A stretch of 64,000 nucleotides of DNA from the NCBI GenBank assembly GCA_963422735.1, contig OY730476.1, positions 4,320,001-4,384,000 of the forward strand, read 5' to 3'. Below the pieces are notes generated by a model. That model was not told the origin of the DNA. It was given only the letters and a program-made list of their open reading frames with translations, and did no database searches. A program made the translations under genes and the position numbers. Origin of the DNA: Candidatus Latescibacterota bacterium. GTDB taxonomy: Bacteria > Latescibacterota > UBA2968 > UBA8231. Below, in pieces: positions 10,807-20,394 of the stretch. How positions within the stretch are numbered: the first letter of the stretch is position 1; each line of letters begins with the position of its first letter.

Positions 10807-13683
10807 TCACAGCTTCTGCCGCTCGTCCTCGGGGTCGTAAAAGGGCAGCGCAGTAACCGCCGCCACGCTCGTCGAACCATCGTCCAAACGCACTTCCACC
10901 CGCGTGCCGGGCTCGGCCATATCCGCTTCTACAAAGGCCAAGCCCAGCGGATAACCCAGCGTCGAGACTGGGGCAATGCTGGTCACGCGACCGGCGATCC
11001 ACCCTTCCCGCATGATCAAGTTGCATTCCTCGGGCAGCTTACCGGCAAAATTAGCGGGCCACCGCACGCCGACGAGTGTGCGCCGAGCTGGGCGCACAGC
11101 GTGGATTTGCAGGCTGCGCTGACCGATGAAGAAACGCTTGTTTTTGCCAATGGCCCACGCCAACCCCGCCTCTTGGGGATACGTCAGCGCGTCCGTATCG
11201 TGGCCGACGATCAAGTGCCCTTTTTCCAAGCGCAACAGGCGCTGCGCCTCCACTCCAAAGGGACGCGCACCGGCCGCCGATAGCGCTCGCCACACGTGCT
11301 CGCCTTCCCAAGCCGGCACGTGGACCTCGTATCCCAGTTCGCCGACAAAGCCCACTCGCATCACCAGTGCCTGTACCCCGGCCACCTCGCCTTCGCGCAC
11401 CCGTAGATAGGAGAAAGGCCCCGACCTCAAATCGATGTCCGTCAACGCCGCCAGTGCGTCGCGGCTGCCCGGGCCAGCCAGATTGAACGCCGCCAGTTGG
11501 CCCGTAGCATTGCTCAAGGTCGCGTCCAAGCCCCAGATTGCGGCCCAGCGCAGCATCTCGCGGTAAAAAGCCGCTGAGCCGCTACTGGTCGTGGTCGCGT
11601 AGAAGCGGTCCTCGGACAGCCGCGCTATCACCCCGTCCTCGACCACGACCCCGCTTTCGTCGAGTGCCACGCCGTAGCGGCAGCGACCGATCGGCAGCTT
11701 CTTGAAGCGGCCCGTATAGAGGCGCTCAAGTAGCTCGCTAGCATCCGGGCCGCTGACCTGCAATTTGCCCAGTGTACTCACGTCGATGATTCCCAGACCA
11801 GCCCGCACTTGACGCGCCTCCTGCACAATGCACTCGTCGCGGCTGGCATCGCCGCAGGCATAGTATTCGGGCCGATACCAGTCGCCGGCGTGAGCAAAGA
11901 CCGCGCCGTGCTCGCGGTGCCAATCGTGGATCGGCGTCTGGCGCATCGGGTGGAAGCGCCGGCCAGCCAAATGCCCCAGCGGCACCGGCTGGTAGAAGGG
12001 ACGGGCGGTCGTCGAGCCGGTCGCTGCGATGGTATTGCCGTTGAGTTTGGCCAGGATCCGCATCGCGTTCATGTTGGATAGCTTGCCCTGGCTCGGTCCC
12101 ATCCCCACCGTGCTGTAGCGCTTGAGCAGTTCGACGCTGTCGTAGCCTTCTTGGTGGGCATCGACAAAATCCGCCAAGTGCAAATCCTCATCGAAATCCA
12201 CGAAGTTCTTCTTGCTCGGATGGGCGAAAATCGGATAGCTATGGCTGGGAGCTTCTCGCACCGGCGGCGGGAGCGCGGTCACCTCGCCGTGGCCGTGGCC
12301 AGCGTAGTGGGCTGCCCTGAGCCCTGCAAAGTGTCCATCTTCCCGCTGCGCGTCTAGATTGTACACCCCGCGCACGCGCCCGGCGACAAAGACCCCGTCT
12401 GGACACGACCTTGGCACGAGCTGCTCCAGTGCCTCGTCGTACGCAAATTGCACCCCCGCTTGGCTGGGCAGTGCGGCGTTGGGCATCCAGCCGACCGACG
12501 CAACAAGGCCGTCACAGGCGATCGCGGTGCCGCGCTGGGCATCTATTGTGCCATCTGCGGCTAGCGGCGCCACTACCGCGCCGCGCAGGCCATTTTTCTG
12601 GCGATTGGGCACCGCCGCATAGACTGCGTGCCCGCCGTAGATCGGCACCCCGGCTGCGGAGATTTTTTCTGCTTGGGCCAGCGGTGCTGCGTTGGGGCGC
12701 AAATCGGCGATGGCCGCCACCTCAACCCCTGCGTCGAGCATGTCCAGTGCTACCCCGTACGCATCACTATTGGCCGCTAGCACCACCGTGCGGTCGCAGG
12801 GTTTGACCGCGTACAACTTTACCAACCGCTGGGCCGCCGACCCCATTAGTACGCCCGGCAGGTCGTTGTGCCCAAAGACCGCGGGCTGCTCGATCGCGCC
12901 GTTGGCATAGACGACCGCCGCGGTGCGCACCTTGGTCATCCGCACCGCATCGAACAGAGCGACCCATCCGTCGGCGTAGTGGCCGCCGGCCACCGTCCCG
13001 CAGCGGATCTCGACATGGGGCAAACCAGCGAGCACCTCGACCAACTCGTCGCAGTTCCCGCCATGCTGCCACGCCCAGCTCCCCCCCAAACGCGCCCGTT
13101 CCTCGACCAGCAAAACGCGAGCACCCGTTTCTCCTGCGGCCCTTGCCGCCTCCAGCCCGGCTGCACCACCGCCCACGACTAGCACATCGCACCAAGCGTA
13201 TTCCTTGGGGCTGGCGGTCGGCGGCAGGGCCCGGTTGGTCTGGCCCAAGCCCGCTATTTGGCGGATGATCCGCTCGTAGAAGGGAAAAAGCCACCTGGGG
13301 CGGTGAAACGCCTTGTAGTAAAAACCCACCGGCATGAAGCGGCCCAAAGGCTCCAGCCACTGGAGCAGATCGCGTTTCAACCCACCTAGCGTGTTGACGG
13401 CCCGCAGATCCATGCCCGCAGCCAACGGCTCGCTATCGCCGCGCAGATGCGTACGCTCGCCGTCTGTAAACAGCGCGTTGGCGTCGTGGCCGGCCAAGCT
13501 GTACGCCCCGCGCGGCCGGTGGTATTTGAAGCTGCGCCCCATCACCTGCACACCATTGGCCAAAAGTGCACTGGCTACACAATCGCCGGCAAAACCGCTA
13601 AACATCTCGCCTTCAAAGCGGAATTCGATGGGCTGCGTCCGGTCGATCCACTCCCCGGGCTGGGCGGACAGGCGATGCTTCAC
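10807..13683 (-). CDS. mgdC: N-methylglutamate dehydrogenase / sarcosine oxidase alpha subunit
   Basis: GRSFKYHRPRG, VVGGGAAG, GMGPSQGK, GcvT-like C-terminus (DVSTLGK, GFVGELGYE, LRLEKG). Likely start is GTG 13683, overlapping the mgdB stop. Confidence 0.9.
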   Translation of the reverse strand: MKHRLSAQPGEWIDRTQPIEFRFEGEMFSGFAGDCVASALLANGVQVMGRSFKYHRPRGAYSLAGHDANALFTDGERTHLRGDSEPLAAGMDLRAVNTLGGLKRDLLQWLEPLGRFMPVGFYYKAFHRPRWLFPFYERIIRQIAGLGQTNRALPPTASPKEYAWCDVLVVGGGAAGLEAARAAGETGARVLLVEERARLGGSWAWQHGGNCDELVEVLAGLPHVEIRCGTVAGGHYADGWVALFDAVRMTKVRTAAVVYANGAIEQPAVFGHNDLPGVLMGSAAQRLVKLYAVKPCDRTVVLAANSDAYGVALDMLDAGVEVAAIADLRPNAAPLAQAEKISAAGVPIYGGHAVYAAVPNRQKNGLRGAVVAPLAADGTIDAQRGTAIACDGLVASVGWMPNAALPSQAGVQFAYDEALEQLVPRSCPDGVFVAGRVRGVYNLDAQREDGHFAGLRAAHYAGHGHGEVTALPPPVREAPSHSYPIFAHPSKKNFVDFDEDLHLADFVDAHQEGYDSVELLKRYSTVGMGPSQGKLSNMNAMRILAKLNGNTIAATGSTTARPFYQPVPLGHLAGRRFHPMRQTPIHDWHREHGAVFAHAGDWYRPEYYACGDASRDECIVQEARQVRAGLGIIDVSTLGKLQVSGPDASELLERLYTGRFKKLPIGRCRYGVALDESGVVVEDGVIARLSEDRFYATTTSSGSAAFYREMLRWAAIWGLDATLSNATGQLAAFNLAGPGSRDALAALTDIDLRSGPFSYLRVREGEVAGVQALVMRVGFVGELGYEVHVPAWEGEHVWRALSAAGARPFGVEAQRLLRLEKGHLIVGHDTDALTYPQEAGLAWAIGKNKRFFIGQRSLQIHAVRPARRTLVGVRWPANFAGKLPEECNLIMREGWIAGRVTSIAPVSTLGYPLGLAFVEADMAEPGTRVEVRLDDGSTSVAAVTALPFYDPEDERQKL

Positions 13684-13943
13684 GCTTTGTCCTCCTCGCC
13701 CCACAAATAGGTGCGGACGACCTCGTCGCGGACCGTGTCGCGCTCGGCGATAAACCAAGTACTGCTGGCACTGTGGTACCACCACTCGCGTTGGATACCC
13801 GGCTCGCCGCAGCGATTGAACACGTAGTCTGCCCAGGCTTGGTTACTTGCTTGCTTGGGGTCGGGCATGGAGCGCACTCGGCCGCCGAAGACGAATTCCT
13901 CCAACGGACGCGGCCCGTTGACTGGGCAGGTGAGGATTTTCAT
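13680..13943 (-). CDS. mgdB: N-methylglutamate dehydrogenase / sarcosine oxidase delta subunit
   Basis: CPVNGPRPLEEFVFGG, EWWYH, WFIAERDT. Confidence 0.9.
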   Translation of the reverse strand: MKILTCPVNGPRPLEEFVFGGRVRSMPDPKQASNQAWADYVFNRCGEPGIQREWWYHSASSTWFIAERDTVRDEVVRTYLWGEEDKA

Positions 13944-13946
13944 GGG

Positions 13947-14098
13947 TTAGTGGTTAGTGGTTAGTGGTCAGTGGTCAGTGGTTAGTGGTCAGTGGTCAGT
14001 GGTCAGTGGTCAGTGGTTAGTGGTTAGTGGTTAGGGGTTAGGGGTTAGGGGTTAGGGGTTAGGGGTTAGGGGTTAGGGGGACTAGCACTGGCCACTAA
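13947..14098. repeat. Heptamer tandem array: 12x TYAGTGG + 7x TTAGGGG, followed by a short inverted arm
   Basis: Counted directly: 13947-14030 and 14031-14079; ACTAGCACTGGCCACTAA at 14081-14098. Confidence 0.97.
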
Positions 14099-14099
14099 T

Positions 14100-15344
14100 T
14101 CAGTGGCCAACGGACGCTGCTCCCTTCTCGCCGACCAGCGCAAAGGCGCCAAAGCGCGACAGATTAAAGGCGCGGATCAGCGGATGATCCTCGTCGTGGG
14201 CGATGGTGTGGGCCATGGTGTAGCCGCAGACCGGCGAGGCCTTAAAACCCCAAGTACCCCAACCCGCGTCGATGTAAAACCCCGCGATCGGCGTCGTGCC
14301 CATGATCGGGGAAAAGTCCGGGGTCATGTCGCACAACCCGGCCCACTGGCGCAGCACCTTGACGTCGCCCAAGCAGGGAAAGAGGTCGAGCATATGCCCG
14401 GCCAACCCCTCGGCAAAGTCGAGGGTCGAGCGCATGGACGTCAGTTCGTAGGGGTCCAAAGAGGCTCCGGCGACCAATTCGCCGCGCGAGGATTGGCTGA
14501 CGTACGTGTGCAAGCTGGCCGATACGACAATCGCGTCGAGCCACGGCTTGAATGGCTCGGTGACAAACGCCTGGAGCGGATGCACTACCAGCGGCGAGCG
14601 CAGTCCGACCATCCGCTGTACCTGCGGCGTCCAGCCCGCTACGGCGCTGAGCACCTTGCGAGTCTGGATAAAACCTCGGTCCGTGTGGACGCCCGCGACC
14701 CGGCCGTCTGCGACTTCAATGTCGGTGACGCAGGTCTGCTGGTGGATTTCAACGCCTTTGCTGTCGGCTCCGCGCGCATAGGCCCACGCCACGGCGTCGT
14801 GGCGGGCAATGGCGCCCGGCGGGTGGTAGAGCGCGCCGACGATGGGCGGCTGGTGCCCGCCGCAGTTCAGGTCGATCTCGGGGATGGTCTTCTTGACGAA
14901 CTCCGGGCTTACTACCTCGGAGTTGATGCCGAGGTGCTTGTTGACCTCGGCGCGCCAGCGCTGGGTACGCAGCGCGGCCGGCGTGTGCGCCAAGGTGAAG
15001 TGGCCGCGCTCGGAGTAGAATAGGTTGTAGTCGAGTTGGCGCGACAAATCGCGATAGAGATCCATGCTGAACTGGTAAAAGCGTGCGCCCTCTTCCGTCA
15101 GGTAATTCGAGCGAATGATCGCGGTATTGCGGCCGGTGCCGCCGTGGCCGATGTAGCGCTGCTCCAAGACGGCCACATCGCGGATGCCGTGCTCTTGGGC
15201 GAGATAGTGCGCCGCGGCCAGCCCGTGCCCGCCGCCGCCGATGATGACCACTTCATAGCTATCGCGCAACCGCTCGGGTGAGCGGAACATGCGCGGCGCG
15301 GGACGCGACCGACCGAAACCGTATTTGAGCAACCGGTAGGGCAT
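14100..15344 (-). CDS. mgdA: N-methylglutamate dehydrogenase / sarcosine oxidase beta (FAD) subunit
   Basis: IIGGGGHG, GTGRNTAIIRSNY, RHDAVAWAY, GWGTWGFK. Confidence 0.92.
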   Translation of the reverse strand: MPYRLLKYGFGRSRPAPRMFRSPERLRDSYEVVIIGGGGHGLAAAHYLAQEHGIRDVAVLEQRYIGHGGTGRNTAIIRSNYLTEEGARFYQFSMDLYRDLSRQLDYNLFYSERGHFTLAHTPAALRTQRWRAEVNKHLGINSEVVSPEFVKKTIPEIDLNCGGHQPPIVGALYHPPGAIARHDAVAWAYARGADSKGVEIHQQTCVTDIEVADGRVAGVHTDRGFIQTRKVLSAVAGWTPQVQRMVGLRSPLVVHPLQAFVTEPFKPWLDAIVVSASLHTYVSQSSRGELVAGASLDPYELTSMRSTLDFAEGLAGHMLDLFPCLGDVKVLRQWAGLCDMTPDFSPIMGTTPIAGFYIDAGWGTWGFKASPVCGYTMAHTIAHDEDHPLIRAFNLSRFGAFALVGEKGAASVGH

Positions 15345-15348
15345 GGCC

Positions 15349-16707
15349 TCAGCAGGAAGTCAAGTACCGGTCGATCTCCCAGCGGCTGACTTGGCTGTCG
15401 TACTCGGCCCACTCGTCGGCTTTTATCTTGAGGAACTCGTCGGCGATGGGGCCTAGCGCGCCCTGCACTACTTCGTCCTCGTGCAGCGCGTCGAGCGCCT
15501 CAGCCAAAGACTGCGGCAAAAGCTGTATCCCCGTCGCTTGGATCTCGTCGAGGGAGTGCTCGTACATGTTGCCCATATTGGGCTCGCCCGGTTCCAAGCC
15601 GCGCTCAATACCGTCGAGCCCGGCGACTAGATGAGCGGCCAGAGCCAGATAGGGATTGGCCGCGGCGCTGATCGTGCGGTCTTCAAAATGCCCCTCGCCG
15701 GCCGTGCGGATCATCTGTGTGCGGTTGTTGTCGCCGTAGGTGATAAACGCCGGCGTCCAAGTGAAACCCGAACGGCTCGAATAGATTCCAGCGCCGAGCT
15801 GGAGGCGTTTGTAGCAGTTCACAGTTGGGTTGGAGACCGCGCAGAGTGCGCGTGCGTGGTGTAAAACGCCGCCGAGGAAGTGGTAGGCCAGCTTTGAGCA
15901 GCCCAAACCCCGCTCGTCCCTCCCGTCCAAGAAGAGATTCCCGCCCGACTTGGCGTCGGCGATATGGTAGTGGGCGTGCAAACCGCTGCCAGTGCGGTCG
16001 GCAAACGGCTTGGGCATGTGCGTGGCAATCGCACCGTGTTTTTTGGCGATCTGCGAAGTAGCCATCTTAAAGAAAATGATGCGGTCCGAGGTGGTCAGCG
16101 CGTCGGCGTAGTCGAAGTTGACCTCGAATTGCCCGTTGGCGTCCTCGTGGTCGCACTGATAGACTCCCCAGCCGAGGTCATTGAGCGACCGGGTCAATTC
16201 CTGCAAGTACGCCATGGCCGGCGACATGGAGCGGAAGTCGTAGCAGGGCTTGGCCAGCGAGTCCACACCATCTGGGTCCCAAGGCCGGATCGAGCCGTCG
16301 GCATCGCGCACCACGAGAAAGTGCTCCGGCTCCATACCCACGTTGAAGACATAGCCCTGTTGCGCGGCAGCAGCGAGTACGCGCTGGAGGTTGGTGCGCG
16401 AGCAATAGGGATGGGATTCCCCATCGACGAAAAGGTCGCTGGCAAAGCGCACGGTGTTTGGCTGCCAAGATAGCCGCGCGTACGAACCGAGGTCGATCCG
16501 CGCCAGCATGTCGTGCGAGTGCGGCCCCTGACCCAAGCCCCAAATAGATGCGCCGGCAAAACCCGCGCCTTCGTCCATCGCGTCGTCGAGCGCTGTCACT
16601 GGCACCATCTTCACTTTGGGTGCCCCGGTCATATCGACGAACTGGACGAGGAGGAATTCAATGCCCTCTTGGGCGAGGCGTTCTTTGATCTCAGTGCGCT
16701 CAGTCAC
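15349..16707 (-). CDS. gmaS: gamma-glutamylmethylamide synthetase (type III glutamine synthetase family)
   Basis: GAGFAG, KPCYD, YQCDHEDANGQFE, MPKPF, YGDNNRTQMIR; AAGGAG RBS before GTG 16707; context between mgsC and mgdA. Confidence 0.88.
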   Translation of the reverse strand: MTERTEIKERLAQEGIEFLLVQFVDMTGAPKVKMVPVTALDDAMDEGAGFAGASIWGLGQGPHSHDMLARIDLGSYARLSWQPNTVRFASDLFVDGESHPYCSRTNLQRVLAAAAQQGYVFNVGMEPEHFLVVRDADGSIRPWDPDGVDSLAKPCYDFRSMSPAMAYLQELTRSLNDLGWGVYQCDHEDANGQFEVNFDYADALTTSDRIIFFKMATSQIAKKHGAIATHMPKPFADRTGSGLHAHYHIADAKSGGNLFLDGRDERGLGCSKLAYHFLGGVLHHARALCAVSNPTVNCYKRLQLGAGIYSSRSGFTWTPAFITYGDNNRTQMIRTAGEGHFEDRTISAAANPYLALAAHLVAGLDGIERGLEPGEPNMGNMYEHSLDEIQATGIQLLPQSLAEALDALHEDEVVQGALGPIADEFLKIKADEWAEYDSQVSRWEIDRYLTSC

Positions 16708-18049
16708 AGCAAGCTCCTTTCGTTGGCGTGTTTCCAGGAATCCAATCCGTCCCGGCCAAGGGAATTTTGGCCATGGCCGCCGCCTCAATGGTCAGCGCCG
16801 CCAAATCCTCTGGCTCTAGGTTGTGAACGTGCGATTTGCCGCAGGCGCGGGCCATGGTCTGGCACTCCATGGTCATTACCCGCAGATAGTTGGCAAGCTG
16901 TCGGCCTCCAGCCACCGGGTCGAGGCGCTGGGCCAATGGTTCGCTCTGGGTCGAGATACCGGCCGGGTCTTGACCGTCTTGCAAGTCGTCGTAAAAGCCA
17001 GCGGCCGAGCCAACTTGGCGGTACTCGGCGTCCAAATGCGGGCTGTTGTCGCCCAGCGCGATCAGCGCGGCCGTGCCAATCGAACAGGCATCCGCCCCCA
17101 TCGCTAGGGCCTTGGCGACATCCGCGCCGCTGCGGATGCCTCCAGACACAATGAGCTGCACCTTGCGGTGCATATCCAACTCGTCGAGTGCCTCTACCGC
17201 TTGGCGCACGGCGGGTAGGGTCGGGATCCCCACGTGCTCGATGAATACCTCTTGGGTTGCACCCGTGCCGCCCTGCATCCCATCAAGAACCACCACGTCG
17301 GCCCCAGCCTTGACCGCCAAGAGCGTGTCGTAGTAGGTCCGAGTAGCACCGATCTTGACGTAGATCGGCGCCTTCCAGTCGGTGATCTCGCGCAATTCCA
17401 CGATCTTGATCGCTAGGTCGTCCGGGCCAGTCCAGTCCGGGTGGCGGCACGCCGAGCGCTGGTCAATGTCCTTAGGCAAGGTCCGCATCTGGGCGACGCG
17501 GTCGCTGATCTTCTGCCCCAAGAGCATCCCGCCGCCGCCGGGCTTGGCCCCTTGACCGAGCACCACCTCAATAGCGTCGGCCTTCCGCAGGTCGTCGGGG
17601 TTCATGCCATAGCGCGAAGGCAAAAGCTGATAGACCAAAATCCGCGACTGTCCGCGCTCTTCTGGCGTCATCCCGCCGTCGCCGGTCGTGGTGCTCGTGC
17701 CCACCGCGCTGGCACCGCGGCCGAGCGCCTCTTTGGCTTGCGCCGACAGCGAGCCAAAGCTCATCCCCGCGATGGTAATGGGAATGTCGAGAAGGATCGG
17801 GTTTTTGGCGTAGCGCGTACCTAGCACCACATGGGTGTCGCAGCGCTCTCGGTACCCCTCCAGCGGGTAGCGCGACATGCTCGCGCCCAAAAAGATTAGG
17901 TCGTCGAAATGCGGCACTCGGCGCTTGGCCCCCCAGCCGCGGATATCGTAGATCCCGGTGCGCGCCGCGCGCTGGATTTCATAGATGACGTCGCGGCCAA
18001 AGGTAGCCGATTCGCGCAGGCCCTCTTGGCTGTGGTGTGGTTGCGTCAT
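16700..18049 (-). CDS. mgsC: N-methylglutamate synthase subunit C (FMN-binding glutamate synthase family, GlxD)
   Basis: SMSRYPLEGYRE, AGMSFGSLS, GQGAKPGGGG, RHPDWTGPDDL. Confidence 0.9.
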   Translation of the reverse strand: MTQPHHSQEGLRESATFGRDVIYEIQRAARTGIYDIRGWGAKRRVPHFDDLIFLGASMSRYPLEGYRERCDTHVVLGTRYAKNPILLDIPITIAGMSFGSLSAQAKEALGRGASAVGTSTTTGDGGMTPEERGQSRILVYQLLPSRYGMNPDDLRKADAIEVVLGQGAKPGGGGMLLGQKISDRVAQMRTLPKDIDQRSACRHPDWTGPDDLAIKIVELREITDWKAPIYVKIGATRTYYDTLLAVKAGADVVVLDGMQGGTGATQEVFIEHVGIPTLPAVRQAVEALDELDMHRKVQLIVSGGIRSGADVAKALAMGADACSIGTAALIALGDNSPHLDAEYRQVGSAAGFYDDLQDGQDPAGISTQSEPLAQRLDPVAGGRQLANYLRVMTMECQTMARACGKSHVHNLEPEDLAALTIEAAAMAKIPLAGTDWIPGNTPTKGACCD

Positions 18050-18051
18050 AG

Positions 18052-18147
18052 TTAGTGGTTAGTGGTTAGTGGTTAGTGGTTAGTGTCCGTCCGCACCTGA
18101 GTCTGGGGTGGGGCATTATTCACTGGCCACTGGCTACTAACCACTAA
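18052..18147. repeat. Heptamer inverted array: (TTAGTGG)4+ ... (CCACTAA-like)4
   Basis: 18052-18085 and 18121-18147 are mutually complementary and span the mgsB-mgsC gap. Confidence 0.9.
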
Positions 18148-18149
18148 AT

Positions 18150-18842
18150 TTAGTACTGAGATGCGTTATCTACCTTGAAGTTGTAAAGCTGGCGCGCCGA
18201 GCCGTAGCGACGGAACTCTTCGGGTTGCACACCGGGCAAGTCCGCTCGCACCAGCAACTCAGCCAACGCGCTCAAGTGCTCGTCGCGCATGGGCTTTTCA
18301 ATGCAGTCGGCCCCCAAGCTGGCGACCCGGCCGCGGACGAAAATCCGCGCCTCGTACAGCGAGTCGCCCAATGCTTCGTCGGCATCGCCGCAGACGACTA
18401 GGTTGCCAGCTTGTGCCATAAAGCAACTGCTGTGGCCGACCGAACCGCCGACCACGATATTGATCCCCTTCATCGAAATCCCGCAGCGGCTCGCTGCGTC
18501 GCCTTCGATGACCAGCAGGCCGCCGTGCCCGGTGGCCCCAGCGCACTGGCTGGCGTGGCCCTTCACTCTCACCAATCCCGACATCATGTTCTCGGCAACC
18601 CCGACCCCGACCATCCCGTGTACGGTGATGCAGGCGCGTTGATTCATGCCAGCGCAATAGTACCCAACGTGACCTTCGATATCGATCTCCACGGGCGCAT
18701 GGACCCCGGCGGCCACCGCGTGCGCGCCTCGGGGATGCAGAACCCGCCACGGCGACTTGGCCGTCTCGTCGGTCAAGTCGTGCAAGCGCTGATTGAGCTG
18801 GCGCAGTGTCCCGGTCGCCAAGTCGAAAACCTCCGCGCCCAT
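18150..18842 (-). CDS. mgsB: N-methylglutamate synthase subunit B (GXGXG, GlxC)
   Basis: GYYCAGMN, GVAENMMSG, RCGISMKG, LGDSLYE. Confidence 0.9.
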   Translation of the reverse strand: MGAEVFDLATGTLRQLNQRLHDLTDETAKSPWRVLHPRGAHAVAAGVHAPVEIDIEGHVGYYCAGMNQRACITVHGMVGVGVAENMMSGLVRVKGHASQCAGATGHGGLLVIEGDAASRCGISMKGINIVVGGSVGHSSCFMAQAGNLVVCGDADEALGDSLYEARIFVRGRVASLGADCIEKPMRDEHLSALAELLVRADLPGVQPEEFRRYGSARQLYNFKVDNASQY

Positions 18843-18845
18843 TGG

Positions 18846-19643
18846 CTAATCCTTCCCCAGCGCAGCTATAGGCGTTGAGGGCCGCACCTCGTTAGAACGA
18901 ATTCTCTTTTCCATGAGCCGAGACTCAACCACGGAAATATATTCCTCGTTGATGTCTGATAAGATCTCGGTCCGATTGTGTTTTAAGGCAAATGCCCCCG
19001 TAGTACCAGATCCACACATAGGATCGTAAATCAAATCTTCTTCAGTCGTCATAAAGAAAAGAGGTTCATATACCTTTAATGGTTTTTGAGACGGATGACC
19101 TGTTTGCTCATCTCGGCCTACAAAGCCCACCAATAATGATGCTTCTATCACGCTAGTTGGGCCGGGCATATACCTTAGCGTTCCCTTGCTTAATTTTTCT
19201 TTTTGTACCTCGTTCAAAAAGTGTTCGGGATATAGTTGTGCATCCCCCTGAGAAAGGTGCAGGCAAGTATTTTGACTTGAGCACCATCCTCGAATAACAG
19301 AGGGGTTATTCTTGTAATACCAAGTGAGCCATGCAACGAGTTTATAATCCGTTGGTATGCGATTAAAGTACTGAGCTATGATCTCGGGGAAACCCCACAA
19401 GAATACGTGGTCGGATATACCAATAAGGGCTTCGAGTATAGATACGACAAAATCGTTGTAATCATCTCTTATTTCTCCAAAACCTTTATTATATCAAGGA
19501 TCGAGCATTGCTACACGCGGCTCGATGCCAGCTAACTTAATCCATTCGATGGATTCAAATACGTCCATCGGTGGTAGTATGACAACATGGCCCTTTTGGG
19601 GTCCGCTATTCTGCGCGATCTTATCGAGTTCTGTGAAAGTCAT
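18846..19643 (-). pseudogene. beta-class N6A/N4C DNA methyltransferase with nonsense codon in motif IV
   Basis: ATG 19643 ...MLDP*YNKGFG (TGA at 19494-19496)... HPSQKP ... YDPMCGSGTT; AT-rich. Confidence 0.8.
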
Positions 19644-19649
19644 TTGATT

Positions 19650-20350
19650 TATAGCTATTCCCTTTCCAATTTTCTGTCATTGATTTGATATCCAAAATAA
19701 TCGAAAAGAGAAGACAATCTTCTTTTTTTTCACTTGTAGCTTGCACAATAGCATAGACATTGATTTTACCAGTGCTATCATCCCAAAAGTTCTTTTTTAT
19801 AACCTGATGCCGTCCATGTAATACTCTCCATTGGTTTGGATCTGCTTGGATCGGCTTTAATTTTTATTGAATGAGGTGCCTTGTGGTCTGGTGTGAGTTT
19901 TACGGTTCCCCCTCCGATTGGGTCTATGTCTCCGTCTCTAAGTTCACACCGAATACCATCTTCCTTCCATTCACAAGAGTAGTTCGCTTTCTTCAATAAC
20001 TCTAACCATACTCTATCATGTGGACGAATTCTCTTGTGTATTTTTGGCCTTTTTCATAGATAGGCTAAGATATTCTTGCATTTTTAAATCACCCCGATTC
20101 CGCCATGATAAAATTGTGTATCCATCGTCAGTTCGCAACTCCGATAATCTCTGATGCCAATTTTCAGGTTCCATTTGGGTTATCGGGTCTCTAGCTACTT
20201 CGATGATTTGTTTTCTTGATAGAATCTTTCCGATATTATCTAGAAAAAGAGCTTCGATTCTCTTTTTACTACTCTTCTGATCATATAGTCTTTTTATTTC
20301 ACTATAAATTTTTTCTGCTTCAGAATTAAAGTAGTTTTCTTTTTTTGCAT
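19650..20350 (-). pseudogene. KpnI-like HNH Type II restriction endonuclease, several frameshifts
   Basis: Fragments RIEALFLDNIGK, PENWHQRLSELRTDDGYTILSWR and ANYSCEWKEDG..C.L..GDIDPIGGGTVKLTPDH match my recollection of R.KpnI; they lie in different frames. Confidence 0.8.
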
Positions 20351-20394
20351 ATTATAATGCCCGAATCAGGGTTGAAGTACAACCTGTAAGTAGA

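Noticed and set aside
13947-14079. CRISPR array or eukaryotic telomere contamination
   Set aside because: No unique spacers or cas genes; the array sits seamlessly between two adjacent bacterial operon genes and a second copy occurs at 18052.
19494-19496. TGA recoding (Sec/Trp) in the methyltransferase
   Set aside because: TGA is used as stop throughout the window and the partner nuclease is also broken; a nonsense mutation is simpler.
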